A program made the position numbers and the translations under genes. From Gemmata obscuriglobus (lineage in GTDB: Bacteria; Planctomycetota; Planctomycetia; Gemmatales; Gemmataceae), in contig NZ_CP042911.1 of the NCBI RefSeq assembly GCF_008065095.1, forward strand, positions 5,160,001-5,192,000: a stretch of 32,000 nt of DNA. Reading direction: 5' to 3'. Positions 30,993 through 32,000 of the stretch are shown piece after piece. Positions within the stretch are counted from its first letter, which is position 1. Each line of letters starts with the position of its first letter. Below the pieces are notes generated by a model. The model saw only the letters and a list, made by a program, of their open reading frames with translations. It was not told the DNA's origin and did no database searches.

Positions 30993-31592
30993 CTACCCAA
31001 GCCGCTGAGCCATCCCAGGCATCGACCGGACCCACTCGACACCCCCGATCCGGGCGTTCTCGGCTGGGTCGCGCCGGCACTTCTCGTACACGCCCTGCCA
31101 ATAGTCGAGTCGGGCCTCGTGCCCGTCCACCGCCCCGAACACCCAAGCGGAGAAAGACTCGGGCGGCCGCTCCTCATCCGTGATTGGCTCCGGGTCGCCG
31201 TCGAACCCGCAATGCGTCAGCGGGTCGTCCGCCGCGAGGTGTGCGGCGAACACCATCCCGCTGTGGCTGTGGAACGCGAACACCATGTGCGGCCCCGCCG
31301 ACCAGTGGACGACCGGCGGCGGGTCGCCCTCGATCATGGTGGCGAGATCGGTCAGGAACACCTCGCCGTCGATCGTGGCCTCCAGGAAGCAAGCTAGTGG
31401 CAGGGAGGCGTAGAGCTCCCGCACAGCCGCCGGAATCTGGAACCCATGCCGGGCCTCGAACTCCGCAACCCCGGAATCGGTGCCGAGGGCGCGGAACCAG
31501 TCCGGCACCCTGTCGTGAGCGGCCAGTACCTCCGGGTAACGGAGGTAGCCGCGGACTTCAGCGAGGTCGAGAGCACGCTGCAAGTACCGCAT
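30993..31592 (-). CDS. SUKH/SMI1-KNR4-like cassette protein (199 aa)
   Basis: ORF track 30993..31592. ATG lies 5 nt after GGAGG. VAEFEARHGFQIPAAVRELYASLPL...MVFAFHSHSGMVFAAHL fits the SUKH layout, less clearly than 27859..28302. It has its own stop. Confidence 0.7.
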   Translation of the reverse strand: MRYLQRALDLAEVRGYLRYPEVLAAHDRVPDWFRALGTDSGVAEFEARHGFQIPAAVRELYASLPLACFLEATIDGEVFLTDLATMIEGDPPPVVHWSAGPHMVFAFHSHSGMVFAAHLAADDPLTHCGFDGDPEPITDEERPPESFSAWVFGAVDGHEARLDYWQGVYEKCRRDPAENARIGGVEWVRSMPGMAQRLG

Positions 31593-31605
31593 CCGCGCCT
31601 CCGCC

Positions 31606-31696
31606 GCCGAATAACAAGCTCACCTGCACCGCCATCGCCGAGTGAGCGGTGCGCTCCAAGTCAGCGGGCGGTGTCAGGTGCAGCGCCGGGTTCGGC
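31606..31696 (-). repeat. attC-like site, class A with variant R' box
   Basis: The 5' box on + is gccgaaT, so the top-strand R' reads ATTCGGC instead of GTTCGGC. The rest is class A. Confidence 0.7.
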
Positions 31697-32000
31697 TCGC
31701 TCACGTCCGCGCCGCGCATCCGCGGATGCCCGCGCCACCGATGCGGCCACGCGGAGCACCGCCGACCCGGAGCACCGTGTCGCCGCACGTCGGAGGCCAC
31801 CCACCACCCCCACTCGCGGCGACGAGCCGCGCCGACCACCGACCGGTGTTGGCGGAGCGCCACCGACCCGAACCGCCGTGTCCCCACCCGCCGCCCGCCA
31901 CGCCCAACCGCACCTCGCGGCGACGAGCCGCGCCCGCGCCCACCGGCACTCTGCGGAGCCCGACGCGCGGGGTTCACCCACGCGGACCACACGCACACCG
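31697..32000 (-). repeat. ORF-less repeat cassette family R (at least 2 units, truncated by window end)
   Basis: The tail and two units are visible. The head lies beyond 32000. Confidence 0.75.

Overview
High-GC window, about 68-70% by eye. Nearly all of it is one unidirectional array of about 64 short cassettes. The cassettes are separated by 65 copies of a conserved imperfect palindrome of about 91 nt (+ strand: gccgaac-N-agctcacctgcaccgcc / ~33-nt loop / ggcggtgTcaggtgCagcgccgg-gttcggc). The outer boxes GCCGAAC/GTTCGGC, the two bulged bases always on the same arm, and the ORF placement match integron attC sites. Every credible ORF is on the minus strand, starts 15-25 nt after GTTCGGC, and ends at or inside the next GCCGAAC. 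I therefore read the window as part of a very large sedentary chromosomal integron or CALIN-type array. The minus strand is the top (coding) strand, and any intI/attI would lie beyond coordinate 32000. No integrase is visible in the window. I support 37 genes or pseudogenes, all on the minus strand and mostly 75-220 aa. Five are SMI1/KNR4 (SUKH)-type cassettes, one of them split by a 182-bp MITE. One is a TIGR02996-type protein, which points to Gemmata-like Planctomycetota. Others are DUF2314-like and DUF4274-like proteins, small lipoproteins or membrane proteins, and zinc-ribbon miniproteins. An ISKra4-like transposase fragment sits at the distal (left) end. About 23% of the window is an amplified family of 22 ORF-less cassettes ('R') built from a 100-103-nt internal unit present 1-3 times. 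Two further ORF-less structured cassettes (S x4, T x2) are each tied to their own covarying attC class (B and C). Other points are an attC-encoded common C-terminal tail plus stop codon used by 14 of the 36 cassette ORFs (all genes except the transposase fragment) in a single frame, a decayed attC, an attC read-through fusion, and several cassette duplications. No rRNA, tRNA or CRISPR was recognised. All domain names come from motif recognition by eye, since no searches could be run.
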